A DNA stretch of 63,506 nucleotides, the filler included, from Folioceros fuciformis (lineage: Eukaryota): assembly GCA_049999805.1 (NCBI GenBank). It is 7 parts of 7 records of this genome, joined end to end, with 100 filler letters (N's around TTAATTAATTAA, not from the genome) between each part and the next. Parts side by side here need not be neighbours in the genome. Positions count along the whole stretch, not along the records: positions 48,978 to 58,160 come from JBNGIO010000990.1; positions 58,261 to 61,866 come from JBNGIO010000991.1; 5 more parts are not named here. The stretch is one strand, 5' to 3'. A model generated the notes under the pieces. The model did not search any database, was not told the origin of the DNA, and saw only the letters and a list, made by a program, of their open reading frames with translations. The position numbers and the translations under genes were made by a program. Below, one piece after another: positions 49,688-61,966 of this stretch (position 1 is its first letter; every line of letters begins with the position of its first letter).

Positions 49688-50953
49688 ATGCGAGAGCCCC
49701 AGGACGAGGGATCGTCCCTGTTCGTGTTCATGGCGGACGAGCTCGAGGGCGGCCAGCAGCAGGACAGCAGCAAGTGGATGGATCCGGAGCTGTGGAGCAG
49801 GCTGTCGGAGGATGTGATCGCCTTGGTGCTGATGAAGCTCCCCGTGCTGAGCCACTTCAGATTCATGTGCGTGTGCAGGAGGTGGCGCGTGCTGCTCTCG
49901 GATACCAGATTCGCCAAGCTCTCCTGCGCCGCGGTGGAGCAGGAGACCCTGGCCTGGGGGCCGCCATCCTGCCTGTGCGGGATGGTCTCCGGATCCGACC
50001 CGCCTCCGCCTGAGATCAACATCCCGGGTTCCAGCCTCCGGCCTCGCCGATTCCACCGCTCCTCGCTCCCCACGGATCCATCCGACGTCGCGGTCCAGCT
50101 CGATCTCTGGGCCTCCGACCGTGGTCTGCTCTGCTTCAGCCAGCGGAAGCAGCCGTACGGCGAAGCGCATCTCTACGTGTGCAATCCTGTGACCCGGAGC
50201 TGGAAGAAGCTGCCTCCCGCCAGATTCGACCAGTTCGAGTCCCCGCACCGCGCCTTCTTGCAGGTCGTGGATCCCGGCCATGCTACGGCTCCGGCTAAGT
50301 ACGAGGTGGTATTGCTGGCCAAAACACTCGCCGGCGGATGCTGTGTCTTCGCCTACACGGCCGGGGCTCGGAGGTGGCGGAGACTGGAATGGGAGGAGAT
50401 CTCAGTTCCTGCATCCGACGCCTTCGATCCCGTTCTCTGCAATGGCGTGCTGCATGTACTTGGATGCTCCTCTGGATCGGATCCATCCAAGCGCGCACTC
50501 AGCTCCTTCTGCGTGCGCCGCAAGCGGGAGGTGGCCGTGCCGGCTCCTCCCGCGGCCCTGTGCCGGAAGCTGGTGGAGCTCCACGGATGCCTCTTCATTA
50601 TCTCCTTCTTGGAGCCGTTCGCGGGCCTGTCGGTGTGGAAGCTGGAGGATGCGGATCCGGAGAAAAAGCTCGCTGCCGCAGTCTGGAAGCACGTCTCCAC
50701 CTGCAGTGTGCAGAAATTCGCGCAGCTCACCGGCTCCCGCAAGCCGACTCTGCTCGCCAAGGTCGGGGTTGTAGGAGGATTCATCTGCCTCTGCATCGAC
50801 AACAAGACCGGGAGCTCCGTGTTGCAGCACACTCTGGCTTTCTGCACTCAGGACAACAGTTGGTGCGCTTGGGACTTCGGAATTGCAGATCCCCGCCGTT
50901 CCAAGCTGCTCCCGTTCCAGCCAACACTCACAACTTCTGTCACAACGCCATAG
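49688..50953 (+). CDS. F-box protein with FBA/kelch-like C-terminus, single exon (start may be upstream at 49652)
   Basis: MDPELWSRLSEDVIALVLMKLPVLSHFRFMCVCRRWRVLL, ASDRGLLCF, LYVCNPVTRSWKKLPP, VLCNGVLH, LLPFQPTL. Intact GC-rich ORF. Confidence 0.9.
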   Translation: MREPQDEGSSLFVFMADELEGGQQQDSSKWMDPELWSRLSEDVIALVLMKLPVLSHFRFMCVCRRWRVLLSDTRFAKLSCAAVEQETLAWGPPSCLCGMVSGSDPPPPEINIPGSSLRPRRFHRSSLPTDPSDVAVQLDLWASDRGLLCFSQRKQPYGEAHLYVCNPVTRSWKKLPPARFDQFESPHRAFLQVVDPGHATAPAKYEVVLLAKTLAGGCCVFAYTAGARRWRRLEWEEISVPASDAFDPVLCNGVLHVLGCSSGSDPSKRALSSFCVRRKREVAVPAPPAALCRKLVELHGCLFIISFLEPFAGLSVWKLEDADPEKKLAAAVWKHVSTCSVQKFAQLTGSRKPTLLAKVGVVGGFICLCIDNKTGSSVLQHTLAFCTQDNSWCAWDFGIADPRRSKLLPFQPTLTTSVTTP

Positions 50954-51189
50954 CACCTGACCTCGAGCTCACAGCAGAGTTGTATCTTTTCTCCCTGCGG
51001 CTAGGTTGCAAGACACCAACACAACATCCATGACTCAGGTGTCGCCTAGAACAGGAAAGTGTTACAGTTTTCTCTTTGGGGACCTTCTTCTAGTCTTTTG
51101 TGACATAGTGCTTTGAACCTTCTCCTCTGTGCATGCAGAGCCTTTCATTGTTTGGATCCCTTGGGCTTCGAACGGCTTCCGTTTCAGTA

Positions 51190-51360
51190 CCTACATAGCA
51201 TTGTCTTCTGCGTCTCTTGTGCGAGACATAGCCCTTAGCACTTCAACCTACATATCATTGTCTCTGCTTCTCTTGTGGGAGACATAGACCTTAGCTGTTC
51301 AATCGACGTAGCATTGTCTTCTACTTCTCTTATGGGAGACTTGGCTCTTGGCAGTGCAAC
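51190..51360. repeat. Degenerate tandem repeat, about 56 bp x3
   Basis: 'acatagcattgtcttctgc.tctcttgtg.gagacatag.ccttagc' occurs three times downstream of the F-box gene. Confidence 0.75.
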
Positions 51361-52263
51361 TTGCTTTCCTGCCTCCACGCAAATCTTTTCATTTGATGTC
51401 TGTCATATGGATGCCGTAGCGTGTACCTTCCGTGTACGTATGTACACTGTGCAGCCGGAACCGCTGTGGTCTAACCTAAACCTGAAATGCTTAGGAGAAT
51501 GGGGGAGAGCGAGGCTCGGTGACCGAGCTCCGCCTCACCTCGCCTCGCCTTGCCTGGTAATTTGGTGAGCCGAAATGGAATAAGTTAATTGGGGGAAGGA
51601 AAATGCGAGTGCGGCCCGGGAAGAGGAAGATTCTGGATCTGCCATGTCCCTCTTGGAGGAGGCGGGGCGGAGCTCCACAGCCAGCAGCATCGTCCCGAGT
51701 CTCGTCCCCTCCGCCCCGGCGGGACTGCCGTTATTGTACTGGAGATGCTCTGCGGACAGGCTACGGCTGCGCTTGCGCGTGGGCCTCTTCTGTGCTGCTG
51801 AGTGATTCTGCGCAGGCGTGCGGGTTAGGGCGTCACGACGCGTAGCTGCTCGGGCCTGAACAGCACGCTTACTCGGGATTGTGGAGGGCGGTACACGCAA
51901 GAGCGCACTCGCTGTTGAGCTGCGGAATCCGGCACTGGATCGCGGTCCTTGTTTGATTCTGGATTGCCTCGGGCCAATCGTCGTGACCGTCTGCAGGAGC
52001 TTCAGTCGCCCAGGCTGAAGCTAGGGCTGTGGCATGTGGTTTAGGAAGCTCACGCTTCCGCGCTCTGTCATTTGCGGACCTCGCCTGCGGCAGGGTGAGC
52101 TTCGGGCGCACTGCCATCAACTGCGGCCGAGCTGGAATCCTGCTCCAAGTTTTGTGACATGGGATGTGGAATTGTGCAGGGGTTTGGCGACGCGCGCTGT
52201 GAAGAAGCTGGAGCCGGAGACTTCGCCAAAGAGGGAGCTCATGTCACATCTTGTCTGGCGCAG

Positions 52264-55200
52264 ATGTAAGTGTTCTTATCTTTGAGATTTCGGAGTTTGT
52301 TAGGAGGAGAAGCTAAATCTTTGTGTTGCGACGAGCTGAGACTGCTATTTGACGGTGGACCACTGTCGTCTCAGGTTGCTTTCAGCTCCTGAAGCGGGAA
52401 AAGGGAAAATGGCTGCCATGGAGAGACTTCTCGCCTCTAACACCGGTGTAGAGCCGACAGAAGGTTTGTGAACACGAGCCTATGATTGTGTCTGTTCCCC
52501 GTTAGGCAAGGAGAGTTAGTTCTGAAGACACACGCACTTGCTCGGTGTGGCCCCCTGGACCAATGAGGAACTCGTGGTGGTCTGGAGTAGACTGTGAATG
52601 TTAGTATTGTTTATACTAGACAGTCTCAGTCGCTGCGGTCCGTGATCTCAACTTCACCCTTGTGATCCAGCAGAGGAAGTTGCTCTTGAGCAAGCAGCTT
52701 TGCAGACTGTTCATAAGGAAATGACAGAGGCCGATGAAGCCAATTTGCTGGATGAGGAGGGTACTACAACTACTCTTCTTGTCAACAATTGGATATCGGT
52801 ATTCTGAGCTAGTCATCGCTGGTGGTTCCGTTTCTGAAACCGACCCAGTGCCTGCTTTCTGTGCAGATATGCATGTCTTCGATCGAGAGCCGTTGTCAGA
52901 TCATCTTCCCTTGGTATAGTGTTGGGAATCCTCTTTTTCCACTGGTTTCTAACCTGGAACTGTCTACGTTGCTTGCGCCATTCGCTCAGCTTGGCCGTAG
53001 ATTTTCTAGACGTCTTTCATCTTGATTTCCGTCCATCTCTCTCCTTTTGACTCGTCATTCCTGCCATCTCTGTTGCCAGGTGTCGTGCAATTCTTGCAAG
53101 AAGCCTGTGAAGGCCAGTCAATATGCGTCGCATGCAGGTGCAGCCTTGTGTGCTTTTGTTCTCTGGTAGCTGGTACTAGCTAGCACAAGGACGCTCTTCT
53201 GAAGCTCGTTGCCTGGCAGAGAGGTGCAGGTCTTTGAATGCTTCTGAAGAGACTGCGTTGGATTTTGAAAGAGGGCTTGTGAGTAAGAAAGCGCCTCGGA
53301 AGCAGCGAAAGAAGATATCTGCCGTACAGGACAGTATCCTTGAACGTCCCATCCATATGTTCAAAAGTCGTAGAAGAAGATCCTGACGATCTGCTCAAAA
53401 TTTGCGCTATCTGAATCAAATAAACAAAATTACTCCTTTTGTGGAGTTTCCCCATTGTCGCATGTCCATTCCTCAGCACTGCACAGATAACTTCAAGTTC
53501 TCCGATGGAGACAAATTGCACACACCTGAAGGCGAAGACGGAGTGTTCTCCGAGTCGGCTTGCGCTTCCGGAGGTGCAGGAGATGATCAGGCTCCAGCTG
53601 TAACTAGTTCCAGTAACCCGCGAGGTTCCAAGAGTAAGTGTTGAGCATCTTGAGGGTGGGGTGCCTGGCTCTATAGCATGCATAAGTTAGTCTTCTCGTC
53701 TGTACGCAGGGGTGATGAATATCTCAGAAGGAACAGTTGTGAACGCTCCAAAAGTGGGCAGGCCTCGGAAGAATCCAATTCAAACCGCAAAAGGTTGTTG
53801 AGCTAAACCATGACAATATCACACCCGCTCTGGTGTGTGGTGACGTTGTCTAAGCTCTAAGGACAGGTCGCTATTTGATTTGCTTTGGCTTTTCAAACTA
53901 CAGCTCGGACCAACTCTGCATGCCTCCAATGGAATTTGTTTGTCAGCTGGAAATAGTCTTGGCTCAGAAGATACCCTCGGAACCTTGAGCAGCCCCGCAA
54001 ATACAGAACTACTTAAGTCGTAGGTTTCTCGCTCCCAAACTCGTGCTTGCCTGACAGCTAAGTGCCTGCCTACTGTATCCCTTTGAGTTTGCGAGGAGTT
54101 GAGTTGTCAGGAACTAACTTGGATGCTTTTCATGCCTGCAGAAACATGATCCACTCGTCCCTTAGTCCTGAAGAACTGGATATCATGTGTGGAGTGATGT
54201 CCATTAACGGGTCCTGTTGTAGACAACCATTAACTTGTGAGTCTTAGAACACGTTGTGGTTTTGGAGTCCAATTTTGCTTCTGCACTCGTGTGTTCCAAA
54301 AACTCCTTGTGTTTCTTAGAAATTGGCGGTGGTGGACAGGCAAGACGCATCCTGACACAAGCAAACGAGCTGTTTTTGGTCGAAGGAAACCATTCGACGT
54401 ACTTGTACAAGAGTTAAAGGAAGGCAGCGTATCTCGGCTTCGTTCAGAATTGAAAAGGAAACGCCTCCATGAGACAGGTTGGTAGCATTGGTGAGTGGCC
54501 TGGCATTTCCCTATGGAAGTTGGTGTTCTCAGATAAAAGTAAGCAACCTTGTATGGCGTGGCGTATGGGGTTGGGGAAGGACTGCTGACTTTGTTGTCCA
54601 CCTGTGGCAGAGCCCAACGCCAGCTTCAGAAGGAGTTTGGCAGAGTTAGTTTGTCCTCAGCCTCTAGCGTCCAAGGTCTACAGCCTGGGACATAATGATA
54701 GGATGAAATATGTCCTGGGCCACCTGTTCCGTCGAAATTGTGCCAATGTGACTCCGGTTACCACTGATACAGTCCCAGCTGTCATCGGGGCGCAAGCAGC
54801 ACCTCCGCCAACTTCTTCGCTTGAAAATTCCTTGGTGGCCAACGTTACCACATCATCAGCTGTCTACAACATGGTGGGTACTCAATAGTCCTGGACACCT
54901 TGGGCCTGAATGTTTGCATGGGACTCAGTAGGGAGCTTGGATACCCCCCATTACTAGAAATGGTGCTGATGACTGTGTTGTGGACAGTCCGGGAACGTGC
55001 AGGATGTCAGACGCATGGCACTTCATCAGGGGACAATGAACAAGGCATCACAAGCATGGCCACAACTGGACCAGCAGCAAGTTCATGGTGAATTGCTAAG
55101 CTCCATCACCGGGGTGGCCCACAGCCCTCACCACCAGGATAGGTACCTACAGCCGTCCAGGCCTTTAGAGAACGGGCTATCGAACATAGGGAAGGGGTGG

Positions 55201-55299
55201 CAGAGTCGTGGGAGCCAAATGCAGACAGTGATGCCTGGTAACTACTGGCCTACCGATGGGTATACCACGACCACAGCGTCTGCCCAACCTCACATCTAA
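52264..55299 (+). CDS. SGF73: SAGA-associated factor 73 / ataxin-7-like protein with N-terminal zinc finger and SCA7 domain, multi-exon
   Basis: Spliced exons: GKMAAMERLLAS, EMTEADEANLLDEE|DMHVF, |VSCNSCKKPVKASQYASHA|ERCRSL, KAPRKQRKK, CGVMSINGSCCRQPLT|CKTHPDTSKRAVFGRRKPFDVL (SCA7), PQPLASKVY. 3' end approximate. Confidence 0.82.
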
Positions 55300-56058
55300 C
55301 ACGTGTGAGCGTCTGACTTGCAGGAGTCACCGGCCAGCAGCTCTCTCACGGGGGAGTTTCGGTCGTGTAGTTCTGCCTCGGTCTCCCGATTTTAGGCAAT
55401 CCGCATATCCTTCCATGCCTTTAAACCCCGTTGGACGTGCTGAAATACCGAAGAGTTAGACCTCTCGTTGTCCTTGGCCACCCTATCTGCTGCCGTTTTT
55501 GCTGCCCGATACCTCCTGATACGACTGCATACTCACATGTGTTTCTGCTCAGTGTAGTGCGCATACTTTTGGTACGTCCATGCTCCACCGCGCCGCGCAC
55601 CACGAGAATGGAAGTCCATGGACACGACACTTACTCCAGAAGGTGCCTGGACATGTACAGAAGGCTGCCTGGGGGATTCGCAGTACGGTGCGTGCGATTC
55701 GTTGGTGGCTTGTCCTTTGTTGCAAAAAGGCTTGGAAGTGCTCACGTTGCAGGCCTGATCACGCAGCTCGTCCCGCAACAGCTCACGCCGTTGTCGCAAG
55801 CATGCGGAAAGCCACTGCCTGCAGGTTCCACGTCGTCGCACAGGATCCCCAACTGGATGCTCAGGTACTTCCGTGTGCGCAGATATTTTCAATTCTATAT
55901 GATTTCTATTGACACGTTACAGCCGGCCGTACCCAGACAAACATGCGATTGGTGTAGGAGTTCTGTTGGTATGTTGCCAGAGGCCGTCTTCATGTCACGG
56001 GAAAACACATCACACGGTCGGCAAATGTGAGGATTCATATATTATCCCCAAGATTCCT

Positions 56059-58160
56059 CTAATTTGTCGACCAATCGGAATCGTAACCAAGACGGTGTGA
56101 CTTACATTGAGAGCTACTGCTACTTGACGAGGAATTTTGTGTCTTCTCCTTATTCACCGCAGGACTTGGCCCCATCACAATGGCAGACAATTTTACCTTC
56201 GGTGAGGATATTCTCTCCTGCGGAGTTGGCGACCATGGCATGTTTTTGGGTGGAGTTACGCTGGATCCCCTTGGACTCCCAGTTCCATCACTTCGTTTAG
56301 AATTTACTCTTGATAATATGTCTTGCTTTTTCCTATTATCAAGCTCTGCTAATTTGGAAGTTGCCAGAGCCGCCATGTTTAGCCTTGGTACCTTGCTCTT
56401 GCCCTTGCTCTTGGGGGATGATAATTGTAGGGTTTCCTGCCTTTGTTGATTTGGTGACACTTTCTTTTTATCAGATTTTGTTGACTTCTGCTCTTGATTG
56501 ATTTGTACCCTAACAGACTCGAACATGAATAGAAACTGTCTTAATGTCTTGAATATCTCTGTTGTTTTTTCTTGCTTAGGAACTTCCCCGAAGAACAGGG
56601 CTACACTATTAATTTTTTCAAGAACATTATGCAACAAAACCTCCAGCCCATGTACATCTTCATGAGTTTGCTCAGCAAATAGGCTCATTTTTTTTATGAA
56701 GTTACTCTCAAAATCTGTTTCATTTGTGCACTGTTTGATTTCTTCATTCACAGCAGCAAGGCCTCTTTTGAGCTCATCTAAATTTTCCTGCAGGTTCCCT
56801 ATGTTTATGGTGGATGCTTGCTTCACATCTTCAAAATCCTGGGCTAGTTTTCCAATCTGTATCCAAATGTTATTTTAACTTACATCATTTATTGATCATC
56901 CTGAACCCTAATAACACATAATGTGCCTTGTCTTATCTTACCTCTGGATCCTTTTTCAGTAGCTCAGACACCACAAAGTGCAAAAGAGTAGTCTTTGTGT
57001 TTTTTCCCTTCACGTCCATAAGCTTGAGCAAAGCATCTAATTTGAATCCACTTGCACATCCACGAAAGGATCCCCCATTAAGATGATTACCCACCACCAA
57101 CACCATCTTCAAGATCTTTACAAACTTTTTGCTACTTTTCAACTCAACACATGATTTCTCCAATATAGTGAGATCACATTTAATCTGTGTCACGATGATT
57201 ATGGTCATGATCGATTACTTTAATGGATGATTATGGCCATGATCGATTACTTTAATGTTAACGTCAAACATCCTTCAACATAACATTTACGTATGGAAGA
57301 AAATTACATGCAGAAACTTACTTGTTCAATGGTTTTATTGCATTGTGTTTTAAACAACAATGTTGTGCTTTTATTCTTAAACCGTGGTATTTTCATCAAC
57401 TCCAAGTAGTATCTAAAGAGCACAGTTTAAAGAAATAAGTTATATGTCTCTATGAGACTTGTCTGATGAAGAACTATACCTATCACTTTGAGAAGTAAAG
57501 TGTTGAATTTGCATTCCTCACTTCTCAATTTCTGAGAGTTGGGATATGTCATCATTGTAATCTTTCAATAGTTTCACATCCTCTTCAGTTGGCATAGTTC
57601 GATTCATCAATTGAAGTACCTCATCGGTAAGCAAAAGTTCATCTAGCTCCAATAAAGCTCTACTGAGTTTTAAGAGTGGCTTTCTTAAACTCATAAGTTG
57701 GATGCTAACGTTATGTGCGTGTTTTAAATCAATGACTCGTACTGGTTGCACTTTCTTTGCCTTCCCTACTTCCTACAATTTAAATTTGTTCTGTGCATTC
57801 GTAAGTGTGTTTATTGGCAAGAGTGTTAAAATTCTAGGAAGTAGTTCAAACAACTAGACCAACTTTGATGGATCTATGTTTCCTTCTTACTATGTTCTTT
57901 GGTTTTGTGCTTGTGATGGTTGTGGGTGTTGATATAGCAAATAATAACTCAAGATTGCTTGTGTCAAGTGTAACCTCTTCCAAGTGTGTGTCTTCCCATA
58001 TTGTTTCTCTAGTTCTAACTAATGAAAGCTTATTCCAAATCAGAGGCTTCATCTTAGGCTTCTCCTCGATGTTTTCATCTCCTATTTTGTTCTCTTGAGG
58101 TTTCAAGGGGCAAAGCTTCTTAGACATTGATTTTAACAGTGGTGGAGGAGGAGGAGGAGG
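56059..58160 (-). CDS. Formin, C-terminal half (end of FH1 poly-Pro plus FH2 domain); final exon uncertain
   Basis: PPPPPPP at the gap edge; KMKPLIWNKL..ETIWE, LELLF, VIDLKHAHNVSIQL, ILKMVLVVGNHLNGGSFRGCASGFKLDALLKLMDVKG..TTLLHF, ALFFGE..EIFKTLRQFLFMF. Confidence 0.93.
57194..57257. repeat. 32-bp tandem duplication in formin intron
   Basis: 'gatgattatgg(t/c)catgatcgattactttaatg' occurs twice. Confidence 0.85.
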
Positions 58161-58289
58161 NNNNNNNNNNNNNNNNNNNNNNNNNNNNNNNNNNNNNNNN
58201 NNNNTTAATTAATTAANNNNNNNNNNNNNNNNNNNNNNNNNNNNNNNNNNNNNNNNNNNNGACGCGCACACGATCCGATGCTGCCCTAC

Positions 58290-58450
58290 TGTCCCTTCCC
58301 TTCCCTTCCCTTCCCTTCTCTTCCCTTTCCTTTCCTCTCCTTCCCTACTCTTCCCTCCCTTGTCCTACCTGCCAGCCACCACTCTTTGTTTCACTCTGCC
58401 ATCAACTTGGAGATTGCACGTCAGTGGCATCTCGGCGCCTATAAATAGCC
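58290..58450 (+). promoter_or_regulatory. (CCCTT)n tract and TATA-like box upstream of the formin N-terminal half
   Basis: Pyrimidine repeats at about 58293-58345; TATAAATA at 58440. Confidence 0.35.
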
Positions 58451-58766
58451 GGCTCAGCTACCAAGGGTAAAAGAATCGTCCCCACCTTTAACGGATCTGT
58501 CAGCTTACTCCACATGTGTGCCAGTTACGTTGGGACCGGGTCCCTTGCTGTTTCACGAACCATTTTCAACCCCTCTTTCGTCACAGCGTACACCATAGGT
58601 ACCACTGTACGGGTTCCAAACAAAGCCTTCTTTCTGCCACAACAAACACCCGGATTCCTTCCGTGTATTCCACATCAAGTTCAGTTTTTTACAAAGCTCC
58701 GTTACCAGCATGAACCACCACACACAGACCTTAATCAACTCACTCTACTAATCCTCTTCCCTAAGC

Positions 58767-61700
58767 ATGGATTTACAACATCCACAGAACTCTTCTGAAT
58801 TTGAAGAAAAGTTCTACCATGACTCACATCTTGTTTGGACTTTGTACGTGGGACTCCAGAAGCTCATTGCTTGCCTATTATCACTCGGTACTCTTACTTC
58901 ATCCCTTTTCAAAACTATATCAACAAAAAATTTCAGAGCTAATTCTCACCAACATACCATTCTATGTTCTTCTCAACAGGATCACAAGGTTTGAATGGCT
59001 TATTCTTCACACCAGCACCATCCGCAGAGTTCACTCAATTCAAAAGAGAGTTCTTGGTAGATGTTGCTAAAGGTCACTATGATTTTGCATCCTTAAACAT
59101 AAAAAGTATCATACACCAGGTTCCATGGAAAGGAAAGGTTTACGATACTTCAGTCTTTCTGTTTTGGCATGTTTGAACTCCAGAACACAACACTCTTTTG
59201 GAGCATGGAAAGCATTACAACAATGAAGGAAAAGTTTGCTCTAGTCTCACACAATGGAGTCCTTACACTCTTGCTGAAGGCCTTATACTATACTTGAAAG
59301 AACTCAATGGGTCTTTGCTAGCACCCATCCACAATCTTTTTATTTCAGCCACTGGTAAATTGTAAGAACGAGTTTTCTCATTTGTTTTTTATTCTTTTTT
59401 AATATAGATATTTATCACATTTTATTTTATTCTCAATGAGTGTTGCTGTGGTGATCTTGTGTTGGAATTGTGAAGATTGAAAATAATGTTTTGGTAGCCC
59501 ATTTGTGTGTAGTAGGTGTACCCCTACAACATTCCAAAATTTACACTATGCGAGTTCTTCTGCATCGACTACCGTCCTTAAAATTTGCGATATTGAAAGA
59601 TTTAATTTACATGTTAAATAATCTAAGCACGTCCAATAAAGCAGCCACGAAATTGCACTTGGGTTCCTTATTTGGGCAGTTGCTTATAGGAAAAGCTGAA
59701 AATAGTGTTGATACTAGGTAGTACTCTCAAAATACTAATAATGCCTATTTTATATATATTGCTTTACAATAATGAACCAAAAAATGTTTTTGAACATTGA
59801 TGTTTGTAGTTTTTGTTTTGAAGAGTTACTTTCTATTATTGAAAAAGAGATAGAAAGTCCCATCTTCTCCAAAGATTGGAGGAACAACCTTAACAGGGCC
59901 AAAGTTTGTTGTCTAGTAAACATCACTTAAGTGAAGGATTGTTGGAATATATTTAGCATATTTTTATTTTATTCTCAACGAGAGTTTAGATATACTGGCA
60001 ATAATGCTTTGTTTTTGAATGTTAGACTAGCATGGATGAAAAAAATGGCGCTACAGTACATGGGGCGACCATTTTTGTCAATATCTTAATGGAGGAATGG
60101 AAATATTTGTTTGTAAATGGAAGAGCAACATTCCATTCATATTCCACCTTGGAGATTATTTTTCCGTACAGTATAAAGTTGAGAACTAGAAATTGTAAAC
60201 AAAAAGATGTGAGTGCGGAAGTAATTATTTCCAACCCATTGTTGTGATTAGTGCATTTTTTTTTATAGAAATATATTTGAGTAAGATATTTTTGTGTAGG
60301 ATTTTCAAGGTTTCAACTTTGAGAATGAGAACAATGGTATGCATTCTATAGACTCAAGCTTCAGCCCACAAAAGGTGTCTATGGAAAAGGGATCAGACAC
60401 ACCTTGTTCGAATTATGCTGCAATACCAAAGTTTGGGACTAATTCAACATTGTTAGAAGTTGTTTCTATGGAATCAAAAGTAATGAATGTAGATGATGTT
60501 TCTTGTGATCCTATTTTACTAATGAGGGGCAATCAACAAGATGGAATTGCAGCTCAAGTAGACTTGTCTGAATGTTCGAAGAAGTGTTTGAATTCCTTGG
60601 GATCTTTGAGTGATGGAAAGCTTGTTGATAAGAAAGGAATAGTAGGCACCAAGGAGAAGCAATCTTCTTACAAGAATCATGTATATGGAAAAGGAAAGAT
60701 GAAAAATAAAAGATGGCGAAGAAAGAGTGCAATAAAATCGTGTGAAATAGAATCTAGTTTTGATTATAGTTTGTCTAGATTCTCGAAGTCTAGGCATGAG
60801 AAGGTTTTAGGCAGAATAGAACACAAGCATACACCACTTGAACTTCAAAACAATAGTAAGCTTGCAAGAAAGTGATTCCTTTCCTTTCACTGAGTGTGCT
60901 TTCTTTTGTAGATGTTGATTTGAAACATTGCAATTGTTGTCTCACAGGATCTAGCAAGAAGAATAGTAACCCTAAATATTGTACACAATGTGAAGAGATC
61001 CTTAGCACTTGCTCGTTTCATGGACCAGTGCATGCTAATAGTAAACTACATTCACCAAGTATGCATCATCAAGAATATCAAAAGAATTTAAACCATGCAA
61101 ATTCAAACTACTCAAGGAGTATGAATCATAGAAAACAACATAAGGAGAGTATGAACAATGCTAGTTCAAATTGCCCATCTTCTTCTCACATATCCACCAA
61201 GTCTCACATGGTTTTAGAATCAAACTCAGTGTCTGATAGTTTATGTTATGAATCACGAAGAACTTCTCTTTTGTCTTCATTCCAATCACTAGAATCCAAT
61301 ATCATGCAACTTGATTCGGGAACCATGTTTGAGAAACCATTTTGTGAGAGTATAAGTAATGTAGACAACAAAGAGAAAGAGAAGTTAGAGTTTGTTTCAA
61401 AGAAGACTCTTTGGTTATCATCTTTTGGGATCCCCACTTCCTCCATAACTTTTGATCAAGATCTTCAAGGCATTTTTGCCAATGAATTAACAGATTTTAG
61501 TTCAGCTAATGGAACTGTGTGTGAGAGCCACAAGCCAAAGATGTATGACTTTGAAATTGATTGCCCTACAATGGGAGACAATATGTCAAAATCTCAACAT
61601 GTATCTACTAACAATGAGACTCACCTTCTATGCAATATTCGTGTGCAACAAGCCCCTTCTGTTGTGGACAACCCACATACTTCAAATTTATCAATGGATG

Positions 61701-61866
61701 CTGAAACTTTGGGTGGCAACTCTAAGGAAAAGCAATGTTGTCTTCATAGAGTTCATAACAAGGAAGAAGACCAAAAATCTTTCTTAATATCGTCAGCTCT
61801 TCTAGATCTAGACTTACCTCCACCTCCTCCTTTATTTCCTCCAACCCCTACTCCACTACCTCCGCC
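58767..61866 (+). CDS. Class III formin N-terminal half: RhoGAP-like domain, low-complexity linker and start of FH1; multi-exon
   Basis: GLNGLFFTPAPSAEFTQFKREF, SPYTLAEGLILYLKELNGSLL..HNLFI and RVLLHRLPSLKFAILKDLIYMLNNL..NK..LHLGSLFGQLL match the RhoGAP pattern. The ORF ends LPPPPPLFPPTPTPLPP at the gap. Confidence 0.75.
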
Positions 61867-61966
61867 NNNNNNNNNNNNNNNNNNNNNNNNNNNNNNNNNN
61901 NNNNNNNNNNTTAATTAATTAANNNNNNNNNNNNNNNNNNNNNNNNNNNNNNNNNNNNNNNNNNNN

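Noticed and set aside
49438..51033. Several 160-236 aa overlapping or antisense ORFs
   Set aside because: Shadow ORFs caused by the high GC content of the F-box gene.
55431..56030. 199-aa ORF between SGF73 and the formin
   Set aside because: Non-ATG start, no motifs, and it lies in the convergent 3' UTR region.
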